Below the pieces are notes generated by a model. The model was not told the origin of the DNA. It was given only the letters and a program-made list of their open reading frames with translations, and did no database searches. Below are positions 18,760-26,725 of a stretch of DNA of 64,000 bases, piece by piece. Numbering within the stretch: position 1 is the first letter of the stretch; every line of letters begins with the position of its first letter. Position numbers and translations under genes: made by a program. The stretch is from a virus: IMG/VR virus record IMGVR_UViG_3300029319_008461, positions 16,845 through 80,844 of that record; one strand, 5' to 3'.

Positions 18760-19921
18760 TTTTTCTTGGCCTTTGATAAATGATAATATAACAGAGGAAG
18801 ATAAGGCTGCTTTGATTAAGTGGTTGCAAGAACCTAACGTTAGATTTACTCAATCAAAGTATGTAAAAAAATTTGAACAAGCTTGGTCTGAATGGCTTGG
18901 AGTTAAATATACAGTCTTTGTAAACTCTGGTGCGTCTGCCAACTACATTATGACTTCAATTATGAAGGAGCTTAAAGGTGGCGGCGAAGTGATTGTACCG
19001 CCAATTGGCTGGGTCTCTGATATAGCTCCAGTGGTCAATCTTGGGATGACTCCTGTTTTTGTGGATGTTGATCCTGAGAGTTTGGCCATTACTGCTGAGA
19101 ACATTGAAAATGCAATCACAGACAAGACAGTTGGGATTGTGTTAGTTCATGCATTGGGGTTCAATGGCTTGACTGACAAACTTGTAGAACTCGCAGAAAA
19201 ACACAACCTAATTTTGATTGAGGATTGCTGCGAGTCTCACGGCGCTACGTTCGATGGACAAAAGATTGGAACTGTTGGCGATATGTCAAATTTTTCTTTC
19301 TACTTTGGACACCATATCACAACAGTCGAAGGTGGGGTTGTTTGCACAAACGATAAGAATATCTATGAGCTAGCGAAGATGTTTAGGTCACACGGAATGA
19401 TTAGGGAAGCTGGGGATGAGGTATATGATGCATACACAGAAAAATATCCAGACTTAAACCCACTGTTTCTTTTTGCCGTCCCTGGATATAATCTAAGGAA
19501 TACAGAGTTCAATGCTGTGTTGGGACTTGAGCAATTAGGAAGGTTAGATAGAGCAGCTACGATTAGGGCAGAAAATTTTAAGACCTGGATTGATAACTTA
19601 GATACTAACAAGTTTCAAACAAGTTATCTTGAAGAAGGTAACAGTAGCTTTGCACTGCCACTAATTCTGAGAGAAAAAGATAAAGATTTGTTTGAAAGAG
19701 TCTGTTCTGTTTTGCGGCAAGAAAGAGTAGAGTATCGCATTGGAACCGCTGGCGGTGGCAACCAAGCTAGGCAACCTTATCTAGAAAAGTACGATCATAG
19801 GATTGTGGGTAACCTAGAGATCTCAGATCACATACATGATTTTGGACTTTACATTGGTAACCATACCGAACTTGAAAAAGAAACTATTATTAAATTGTGT
19901 GAGGTTATAAATGACTGTTGA
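18746..19921 (+). CDS. colD: GDP-4-keto-6-deoxymannose 3-dehydratase-like (ColD type, DegT fold)
   Basis: VNSGASAN, EDCCESHGA, SFYFGHHITTVEGG (His rather than Lys), RSHG, and GYNLRNTE. It lacks the RfbH Cys cluster. Confidence 0.75.
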   Translation: MGQNSFSWPLINDNITEEDKAALIKWLQEPNVRFTQSKYVKKFEQAWSEWLGVKYTVFVNSGASANYIMTSIMKELKGGGEVIVPPIGWVSDIAPVVNLGMTPVFVDVDPESLAITAENIENAITDKTVGIVLVHALGFNGLTDKLVELAEKHNLILIEDCCESHGATFDGQKIGTVGDMSNFSFYFGHHITTVEGGVVCTNDKNIYELAKMFRSHGMIREAGDEVYDAYTEKYPDLNPLFLFAVPGYNLRNTEFNAVLGLEQLGRLDRAATIRAENFKTWIDNLDTNKFQTSYLEEGNSSFALPLILREKDKDLFERVCSVLRQERVEYRIGTAGGGNQARQPYLEKYDHRIVGNLEISDHIHDFGLYIGNHTELEKETIIKLCEVINDC

Positions 19922-20888
19922 TTTTAAAAACCAAAGTGTTTTAGTTACTGGCGGGACTGGGATGATAGGCCGCCAACTTGTTGATCTGTTGGTAGAGAGA
20001 GGAGCTAAGGTATATGTTGTATCTCTTGACCCTCCGAGGGGACTGCCTGAGGGTGTGATGTACAAGCTTGCAGATCTTACAGACTTCTCTGCTTGTCAGG
20101 AAGTTTGTGAAGGCATGGATTATGTTTTCAATTTGGTGGGCGTTAAGGGTTCCCCAAAGATGTGCAAGGAACAGCCAGCAGACTTTATGGTTCCGATGCT
20201 CCAGTTCAATACCAATATGATGGAAGCAGCAAGGCGTGCAGGAGTAAAGTGGTATTTGTACACTAGTAGTGTGGGTGTTTATCATCCAGCGGAGGTTTTT
20301 AAAGAAGATGATGTTTGGTCAACTTTTCCGTCGGACAACGATAGGTTTGCTGGCTGGGCGAAAAGAATTGGAGAACTGCAAGCAGAAGCGTATAGTATCC
20401 AGTATGGTTGGGATTGTGTTTCGATCGTAAGGCCCGCAAACGTTTACGGACCATATGATAACTTTGACCCAGAGAATGCAATGGTCATCCCTTCGCTGAT
20501 TCGCAAAGCGTTTGAAAATGATAAACTGGAAGTTTGGGGAGATGGCTCTCCGATTAGAGATTTTATCCACTCCAGAGATGTAGCCTTGGGTATGCTTCAC
20601 ATGGTAGACAACAAAGTGACAAAACCTGTCAACCTTGGTAGCGGTGAAGGGATCGCAATTAAGCAGATTGTGGATATCGTTGTTGACAAATGTCCTAAGG
20701 ATCTTGATGTAGTCTGGCAAACAGACAAGCCAACTGGCGACAAAAAAAGAATCCTTGATTCTTCCCGTGCAAAAGAAGTAGGGTTTCAGACAACAATCAG
20801 CCTCGAAGAGGGTATTCAGGAAACGATCGAATGGTTTGAAGAAAACAGGAGTATGATTGATGACAGGCATAATGCCTTTAGGAAATAG
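19911..20888 (+). CDS. GDP-fucose-synthase/GDP-mannose-epimerase-like extended SDR
   Basis: TGGTGMIG, VRPANVYGPYDNF, VIPSLIRK, and VWGDGSPIRDF. Confidence 0.8.
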   Translation: MTVDFKNQSVLVTGGTGMIGRQLVDLLVERGAKVYVVSLDPPRGLPEGVMYKLADLTDFSACQEVCEGMDYVFNLVGVKGSPKMCKEQPADFMVPMLQFNTNMMEAARRAGVKWYLYTSSVGVYHPAEVFKEDDVWSTFPSDNDRFAGWAKRIGELQAEAYSIQYGWDCVSIVRPANVYGPYDNFDPENAMVIPSLIRKAFENDKLEVWGDGSPIRDFIHSRDVALGMLHMVDNKVTKPVNLGSGEGIAIKQIVDIVVDKCPKDLDVVWQTDKPTGDKKRILDSSRAKEVGFQTTISLEEGIQETIEWFEENRSMIDDRHNAFRK

Positions 20889-21594
20889 TGTACTTGTTAC
20901 AGGTGGTAACAGTGGCCTTGGTAAATACATTGCATCCAACATTAATTGTGTTGCGCTAACCAGAGAAAACGCTGAATCTGTCTTTAAAAGACACAACCAC
21001 TTTGACTTGATTATACACTGTGCGTTTAATGCCTCAAAGAAAACCAATGATTACTACAAAGTTTTACAAGACAATATTTTCTTAACAAAGCGTTTGTGTT
21101 CATTGTCTCACAACAAATTTGTATTCTTATCGTCAATTGATGTTTACCGAGAAGAGGATAGTCTTTATAAAACAACAAAATTAATGGCAGAGTCTATTGT
21201 TAAAGAAGAAGCGACAAACCCATTAATTGTTCGGACAAGTGCCATTGTTGGCCCAACAATGAGAACTAATAGTCTCTTAAGAATACTGGATGACGATAGT
21301 CCGGACTTATCCTTGTCTGAAAATTCAACGTTTAACTATGTTCTACAAAGTGATATACTGTCTATGATACAGGTGTCTGCAAAGAACAAATACTCTGGTA
21401 TTATAGACTTTGTGGCATCAAAAAATATAAGACTTAAAGACCTGGCAACTCATTTTTCTAAGACTGTAAATTTTGGAGACTACTTTTATGAAACACCTAT
21501 TATATCAAACAGGCATCTTCAAGAAAAATTCCCAACAGCTTGGTATACATCACTAGGAAATATTGAAAGATTTATGAAGGAAAGAACCAAATGA
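20860..21594 (+). CDS. NAD-dependent epimerase/dehydratase (SDR)
   Basis: TGGNSGLG, IIHCA, FLSSIDVY, and YKTTK. An alternative start at 20872 is possible. Confidence 0.75.
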   Translation: MTGIMPLGNSVLVTGGNSGLGKYIASNINCVALTRENAESVFKRHNHFDLIIHCAFNASKKTNDYYKVLQDNIFLTKRLCSLSHNKFVFLSSIDVYREEDSLYKTTKLMAESIVKEEATNPLIVRTSAIVGPTMRTNSLLRILDDDSPDLSLSENSTFNYVLQSDILSMIQVSAKNKYSGIIDFVASKNIRLKDLATHFSKTVNFGDYFYETPIISNRHLQEKFPTAWYTSLGNIERFMKERTK

Positions 21595-22550
21595 AAAAAA
21601 TTCTTTTGTGCGGTGCCACTGGGTTTATTGGTAAGAACTTGTTAGAGCACTTCTCCAGCAGAGGGAATTATAGTATTCGAGCGATATATCACAATAAACT
21701 TCCAGACATTGAGCCGAGCGAACATCCTAATGTTGAGTTTATTTTTGCTGATTTAAACAATAAGGAAGATGTAGACAGAGTAATGGAGGGCGTAAACATT
21801 GTTCTCCAGTTTGCAGCCACAACTTCTGGGGCCAAAGATATTACAACAAAGCCGTTCATTCACGTTACAGATAATGCAGTTATGAACTCTTTGTTGTTAC
21901 GATCTGCCTATGAGAATAATGTTGAACATTTTGTTTTCCCGAGTTGCACGGTGATGTACCAGCCGAGTGAAGAGGCTCTATCTGAGGACGATTTCTCTGG
22001 AGAAGACGAAATATACCCAAAATACTTTGGTGTGGGTAATACAAAAGTTTATATTGAAAAGATGTGCGACTTCTACTCTAGGCTTGGAAGAACAAAACAC
22101 ACAGTTATTAGACACTCTAATATATACGGACCTCATGACAAGTACGATCTTGAGCGCAGTCATGTCTTTGGCGCAACCGTAACTAAAGTTATGACTGCAA
22201 AAGATAAAGTTGTTATGTGGGGGACCGGAGAGGAAAAGAGAGATCTTCTACACGTTGATGATTTGTGCAGGTTTGTTGAATTAGCTTTAAAGAACCAGAA
22301 GAAAGAATATGAGTTATTCAACGTTGGCCTGGGTCAAGCGGTTCCGGTTCGTGACCTTGTTCAGAAAATTATCAACGCTTCAGGTAAGAGGCTAAAGATT
22401 GAATCAGATTTAACTAAACCAACTATTAAAACTAGTTTATACTTGGATTGGAAAAAAGCGTTTACTACGTTAGGTTGGTGCCCCGAGATAACTCTTGATA
22501 AGGGGATAGAGAAAACTTTGAAGTGGTATAAGGAAAATATAGATGTCTAA
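21591..22550 (+). CDS. GDP-fucose-synthase-like extended SDR
   Basis: GATGFIG, RHSNIYGPHDKY, SHVFGA, and MWGTGEEKRDLLHVDD. Confidence 0.8.
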   Translation: MKKILLCGATGFIGKNLLEHFSSRGNYSIRAIYHNKLPDIEPSEHPNVEFIFADLNNKEDVDRVMEGVNIVLQFAATTSGAKDITTKPFIHVTDNAVMNSLLLRSAYENNVEHFVFPSCTVMYQPSEEALSEDDFSGEDEIYPKYFGVGNTKVYIEKMCDFYSRLGRTKHTVIRHSNIYGPHDKYDLERSHVFGATVTKVMTAKDKVVMWGTGEEKRDLLHVDDLCRFVELALKNQKKEYELFNVGLGQAVPVRDLVQKIINASGKRLKIESDLTKPTIKTSLYLDWKKAFTTLGWCPEITLDKGIEKTLKWYKENIDV

Positions 22551-23553
22551 AAATGTCTTTATCACTGGTGTTACGGGAATGGTCGGCTCTCACTTAGCCG
22601 ACTTTCTTTTAGAGAATACAGATTGGAAAATTTATGGGTTCTGTAGGTGGAATGATAATTTTGAAAATATACAGCACTTATTTCCAAGAATAAACACAAA
22701 AGACAGGGTGCAGTTAATTTATGGTGACTTAAATGATTTCCCGTCTCTCATGACCGCTGTTGAGGAGTCAGCGCCTGATTATGTTTTTCACCTAGCGGCC
22801 CAGAGTTATCCTCAGACTAGTTTTGTGGCTCCTTTGGAGACTCTTGAGACAAATATCCTTGGCACTGCAAAACTTTTGGAAGCCATTAATAAATCACCGT
22901 ATGATCCTGTGATACATGTATGCGCTAGTTCTGAGGTCTTTGGAAGGGTGCCAAAAGAATATTTACCAATTAATGAAGAGGTCACGTTTCACCCCGCCTC
23001 TCCATATGCTATTTCTAAAGTGGGGACTGACCTAATCGGTAGGTACTATGCCGAAGCTTATGGTATGACTGTGATGACAACAAGGATGTTTACTCACACA
23101 GGACCAAGAAGAGGTGATGTTTTTGCAGAGTCAACTTTTGCAAAACAGATTGCTATGATTGAGTCTGGAAAACTCCCTCCTGTTATCAAGGTTGGAAATT
23201 TACAGTCACTAAGAACTTGGTCTGATGTCCGAGATGCGGTTAGAGCGTATTATTTGCTTGTAACTCACAACCCAACAGCCGGAGAGTATTATAATATTGG
23301 CGGCACTTACAGTTGTACAGTGGAGGATATGTTAAATTATCTCATCAGCCAATCAACAGTTAAGAATATAAAAGTTGAAACGGACCCCGAGAGGCTCCGA
23401 CCAATTGATGCAGATTTGCAGGTCCCTGATACGGCCAAGTTTAAAAGCCACACTGGATGGGAACCAACGATACCTTTTGAGGAAACAATGACTGACTTAC
23501 TGAACTACTGGAGAGAAAAGGTTCAGGGCGACAGGGAGTTCCTATCTAGATAA
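22543..23553 (+). CDS. gmd: GDP-mannose / GDP-manno-heptose 4,6-dehydratase (Gmd/DmhA-like)
   Basis: TGVTGMVGSHL, HLAAQSYP, ASSEVFG, SPYAISK, TRMFTHTGPRRGDVF, and RLRPIDAD. Confidence 0.85.
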   Translation: MSKNVFITGVTGMVGSHLADFLLENTDWKIYGFCRWNDNFENIQHLFPRINTKDRVQLIYGDLNDFPSLMTAVEESAPDYVFHLAAQSYPQTSFVAPLETLETNILGTAKLLEAINKSPYDPVIHVCASSEVFGRVPKEYLPINEEVTFHPASPYAISKVGTDLIGRYYAEAYGMTVMTTRMFTHTGPRRGDVFAESTFAKQIAMIESGKLPPVIKVGNLQSLRTWSDVRDAVRAYYLLVTHNPTAGEYYNIGGTYSCTVEDMLNYLISQSTVKNIKVETDPERLRPIDADLQVPDTAKFKSHTGWEPTIPFEETMTDLLNYWREKVQGDREFLSR

Positions 23554-24296
23554 TGTCTTCTAAAGTTTTAGTCATAGGCGAAAGCTGCAAGGATGTTTTT
23601 AATTACGGTAACTGTGATCGCTTGTGTCCTGACGCCCCGGTTCCTGTTTTCAACGGGACGGCAACTACAGTATCCGACGGCATGGCAATGAATGTCTTAC
23701 ACAACATTAAATCACTTGGAGTTGAGTGTGACATTATAACTAATAGCAATTGGCAACTGATTAAAAAAAGTAGGTACATTGATAACAAAACAAACCAGAT
23801 GCTTTTACGAATTGATGAAAACGATGAGGTGATAGACGAGCTTGACCTGTCTTTACTTGAAAAGAATATAAAAAACTACGGTGCGGTTATTATATCTGAT
23901 TATTGCAAGGGATATCTCTCTGAAGAAATTATGGCAAAGATATCTAAAATGCACGATAAGGTTTTTTTAGATACCAAAAAACTATTAGGCGATTGGTGTG
24001 ACGATATGGCATACATCAAGATAAACTATTATGAGCATGCCAGAACCAAACATCTACTAAAGAAAAGTTTATACGATCAGCTTATAATAACTCTTGGCTC
24101 CAATGGGTGTGAACACCGTGGCAAAACTTATCCCGTAGAGAAGGTAGAGATAAAAGACTCTTCAGGCGCTGGCGATACATTTATAGCAGGACTTGTGGCC
24201 GAGTATTTGAAAAATTATAGCATAGATGATGCAATACATTTTGCTAACCAATGTGCCACAAAAGTTGTTCAAAAGCGAGGTGTAAGTATAGTATGA
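23553..24296 (+). CDS. rfaE: Heptose-7-phosphate kinase (HldE/RfaE domain I, PfkB family)
   Basis: RLCPDAPVPV, QMLLRIDE, ISDYCKG, DTKK, and DSSGAGDTF. Confidence 0.85.
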   Translation: MSSKVLVIGESCKDVFNYGNCDRLCPDAPVPVFNGTATTVSDGMAMNVLHNIKSLGVECDIITNSNWQLIKKSRYIDNKTNQMLLRIDENDEVIDELDLSLLEKNIKNYGAVIISDYCKGYLSEEIMAKISKMHDKVFLDTKKLLGDWCDDMAYIKINYYEHARTKHLLKKSLYDQLIITLGSNGCEHRGKTYPVEKVEIKDSSGAGDTFIAGLVAEYLKNYSIDDAIHFANQCATKVVQKRGVSIV

Positions 24297-24691
24297 AGAT
24301 TGTGTGGACAAATGGTTGTTTTGATGTTTTGCATCGTGGACATATTGAATTGTTTAAATATGCGAGATCATTAGGCGATAAACTTATTGTTGGTCTTGAT
24401 ACAGATGAGAAAGTCAAAGCTGCTAAGGGCGATGATCGGCCATTTAACACTCTAGAAGATAGAGAGTTTTTAGTAAGATCGATAAGATATGTTGATGATA
24501 CAATTTCATTTTCATCAAAAAGTGATTTAGAAAGCTTAATAAAATCCATAAAGCCTGATATTCTTGTTGTAGGATCAGATTGGGAAGGAAAATATGTCGT
24601 TGGCTCACAATATGCAAAAGAACTAAAGTTTTTTGATCGTATTGGTGAATATTCAACGACTAAAGTTTTAAAAAATGCTAATCTACGTTGA
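24293..24691 (+). CDS. rfaE: Heptose-1-phosphate nucleotidyltransferase (HldE/RfaE domain II)
   Basis: TNGCFDVLHRGH (HxGH), KGDDRP, VGSDW, and C-terminal YSTT. Confidence 0.9.
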   Translation: MKIVWTNGCFDVLHRGHIELFKYARSLGDKLIVGLDTDEKVKAAKGDDRPFNTLEDREFLVRSIRYVDDTISFSSKSDLESLIKSIKPDILVVGSDWEGKYVVGSQYAKELKFFDRIGEYSTTKVLKNANLR

Positions 24692-24992
24692 CATAGACGA
24701 TACAATTTGCACTTACGAGGGAGAGCGTCACTATCCAGACGCCATCCCAATTATGGAAAGAATACAAAAAATTAATGACCTTTATGACGAAGGTCATCAA
24801 ATAGTTTATTGGACAGCTAGGGGTGGCACTACAGGGATTGACTGGACGGAGCTAACCAACCAACAATTGAAAGATTGGGGTGTGAAGTGCCATGAGATTA
24901 AGATGTGGAAGCCACCTTACGATTTGTTCATATGCGATAAAGCCATAAACACTTTAGAATATTTTAAGGAGAAAAAAAGTGAAATTATCTAA
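24675..24992 (+). CDS. Small HAD-family phosphatase (capsule-biosynthesis phosphatase type)
   Basis: VDIDDTIC (DxDxT), WTARG, and KP...FICDKA. Confidence 0.8.
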   Translation: MLIYVDIDDTICTYEGERHYPDAIPIMERIQKINDLYDEGHQIVYWTARGGTTGIDWTELTNQQLKDWGVKCHEIKMWKPPYDLFICDKAINTLEYFKEKKSEII

Positions 24993-25167
24993 TCAAGCAA
25001 TCGGGGCATTATTGATGACGTTGCAAAAATGCTTGGCCGAAGAATCAGATATTACTGAGTTGTTGTCTGACTGGAACTTGTCGGTTCAAAAGGGCGAGAT
25101 TTGGGTTGATAACCCACCTGGCGTTTACATGGCAGACGATAAAGAAAATAAGTTTGAAACAGAGTAA
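24979..25167 (+). CDS. Hypothetical protein
   Basis: GTG start preceded by AAGGAG; fills the gap in the co-linear gene string. Confidence 0.6.
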   Translation: MKLSNQAIGALLMTLQKCLAEESDITELLSDWNLSVQKGEIWVDNPPGVYMADDKENKFETE

Positions 25168-25422
25168 ATGCCAACTTATGTTTACAAATGCAATGCTTGC
25201 GAGTCGGTGTTTGAATATTTTCACTCTTATAGAGTCAAAAAGACCACTTGCGAAAAATGTGGTAAGGAAGCTTTGCAAAAATTGTTAAATACACCTATAA
25301 ACATTGCAAAAAGACCGCAGGTGCAAAGCAAAGCACCCGGCGAAGTAATTAAAGATACTATTGAGGAAACTAAAAAAGAGATGGACAAAGATAAAGAAAG
25401 ACTAAGGAGACGGACAGAATAA
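25168..25422 (+). CDS. FmdB-family zinc-ribbon protein
   Basis: MPTYVYKCNAC...FE...CEKCG (CxxC-x-CxxC). Confidence 0.85.
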   Translation: MPTYVYKCNACESVFEYFHSYRVKKTTCEKCGKEALQKLLNTPINIAKRPQVQSKAPGEVIKDTIEETKKEMDKDKERLRRRTE

Positions 25423-25731
25423 ATGTTTTCCTGGTTTCTTGTGCTTCTGTTCGTGTCTGTTTCCTTGTTCCTAGCTTGGTATGTTAGGGAATTATTAAAA
25501 AGGTTCAGATTCTTATCTGACAACAGTTTTGTTCTAAGAGAAAAAGTTGAGAGGTACGGGCAGCATTTACAGAGTGTTTATGAATTGCCTACTTTTTATG
25601 GCGACGAAACCATAAAGGGTCTTATGGCACATACGCAAGCTTTGGTACAAGATTTACAAGAGCTTGAAGAAGTATTCTTTCTAACTGATATAGAAGAGGA
25701 GGAGTACAATGCCGAAGAAGAAGAAAGCTAA
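25423..25731 (+). CDS. Hypothetical protein with an N-terminal membrane anchor and coiled coil
   Basis: Hydrophobic MFSWFLVLLFVSVSLFLAWYV followed by a helical acidic region. Confidence 0.65.
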   Translation: MFSWFLVLLFVSVSLFLAWYVRELLKRFRFLSDNSFVLREKVERYGQHLQSVYELPTFYGDETIKGLMAHTQALVQDLQELEEVFFLTDIEEEEYNAEEEES

Positions 25732-26392
25732 CTATTATTTTACCTCAGAGACCGAAGAGGCCATCATTGACTACACGAGGACTGAATGCAAACAGGTTCG
25801 TGAGGATCTTTACAGATACAAGATACAGCCAGCTTTTGATGAGTTAGTTGACAAGATTGTGTATACATATAAATTTACGTCCCTTGAAAACATAGATGTT
25901 TTAAAAGATGATTGCAAGATCTGGCTGACTACGATTTTAGGAAAATTTGATTCGTCAAAAGGAACAAAAGCATTTTCATATTTTTCTGTTGTCACAAAGA
26001 ATTGGTTCACGCACAAAGCAAAGAAACAAACTCAACGCAACAAAAGAGAAATAAACTATGATGATCTTGTAAAAGAAATAGAAGTTGTTAGCGCAAACGA
26101 AAGAAAAACTTTTGAAGAGAAGCAAGAAGATGCTGAGTTTTGGATGCACTTGCTGACAGAGATAAAAAGCTGGGATAGGCCAAACCTTAGGGATAACGAA
26201 AAATGCGTTCTTAATGCGGTTCTAACTTTGATGGAAAGCATTGACCAAATAGAAATCTTCAACAAAAAAGCGATCTACTTGTACCTTAGGGAAATTACAG
26301 GGCTTAACACAAAACAGATTGTTAGTTGCCTAAACAAGATGAGAGAAAAATACGGTACCTTCAAGAAAAAATGGGACAACGGAGAAATATAA
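25709..26392 (+). CDS. Phage late-transcription sigma factor (T4 gp55-like)
   Basis: YYFTSETEEAII...LVDKIVYTYKF...KFDSSKGTKAFSYFSVVTKN, the sigma region-2 pattern of gp55-like factors. It lies directly upstream of the structural genes. Confidence 0.75.
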   Translation: MPKKKKANYYFTSETEEAIIDYTRTECKQVREDLYRYKIQPAFDELVDKIVYTYKFTSLENIDVLKDDCKIWLTTILGKFDSSKGTKAFSYFSVVTKNWFTHKAKKQTQRNKREINYDDLVKEIEVVSANERKTFEEKQEDAEFWMHLLTEIKSWDRPNLRDNEKCVLNAVLTLMESIDQIEIFNKKAIYLYLREITGLNTKQIVSCLNKMREKYGTFKKKWDNGEI

Positions 26393-26400
26393 TAAGGACC

Positions 26401-26406
26401 TACTTA
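26401..26406 (+). promoter_or_regulatory. Candidate late-promoter core TAnTTA
   Basis: TACTTA in the first gap after the sigma gene. Similar hexamers occur at 36188 (TAATTA), 50435 (TATTTA), 58461 (TACTTA) and 58493 (TAGTTA). Confidence 0.35.
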
Positions 26407-26427
26407 CAATAAGCGGAGGTGTTGTTT

Positions 26428-26724
26428 ATGAAAAAGGATCTAGATTCTCTGATAGAGCAAGCTTTAGATAACATTAAAAACGACAGGCAAATAACAGAAA
26501 CTCTGTTGTTAGAATTACAAGAGTATATGGGTGTCCCTGGTAACCAAGATAGATACTCAGATTCTGGTCCTGTGGCCGCTAAATTTGTTGAGACCTTGCA
26601 ACGAAGCAATGAACAATTAGTAAAGCTTGCAACACTTGTCCAAAAGAAAGATGCTGCCTCAGCACAGGAAGGTTTAACCGACCTTGATCGGGAAAATATT
26701 TTTAAAATGATCAAGGAGGATTAA
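26428..26724 (+). CDS. Hypothetical coiled-coil phage protein
   Basis: GGAGGT Shine-Dalgarno upstream; helical sequence ETLQRSNEQLVKLATLVQK. Confidence 0.7.
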   Translation: MKKDLDSLIEQALDNIKNDRQITETLLLELQEYMGVPGNQDRYSDSGPVAAKFVETLQRSNEQLVKLATLVQKKDAASAQEGLTDLDRENIFKMIKED

Positions 26725-26725
26725 A

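Noticed and set aside
20319-21047. 242-aa minus-strand ORF
   Set aside because: It is antisense to two well-supported SDR genes and has no recognisable motif; treated as a shadow ORF.
24244-24750. 168-aa minus-strand ORF
   Set aside because: It is the antisense shadow of the HldE nucleotidyltransferase gene.
1-24992. Bacterial O-antigen/capsule locus next to a prophage
   Set aside because: There is no integrase, att site, housekeeping gene or export gene, and the cluster runs by overlapping genes into phage-type FmdB and sigma genes. A chimeric assembly cannot be fully excluded without reads.
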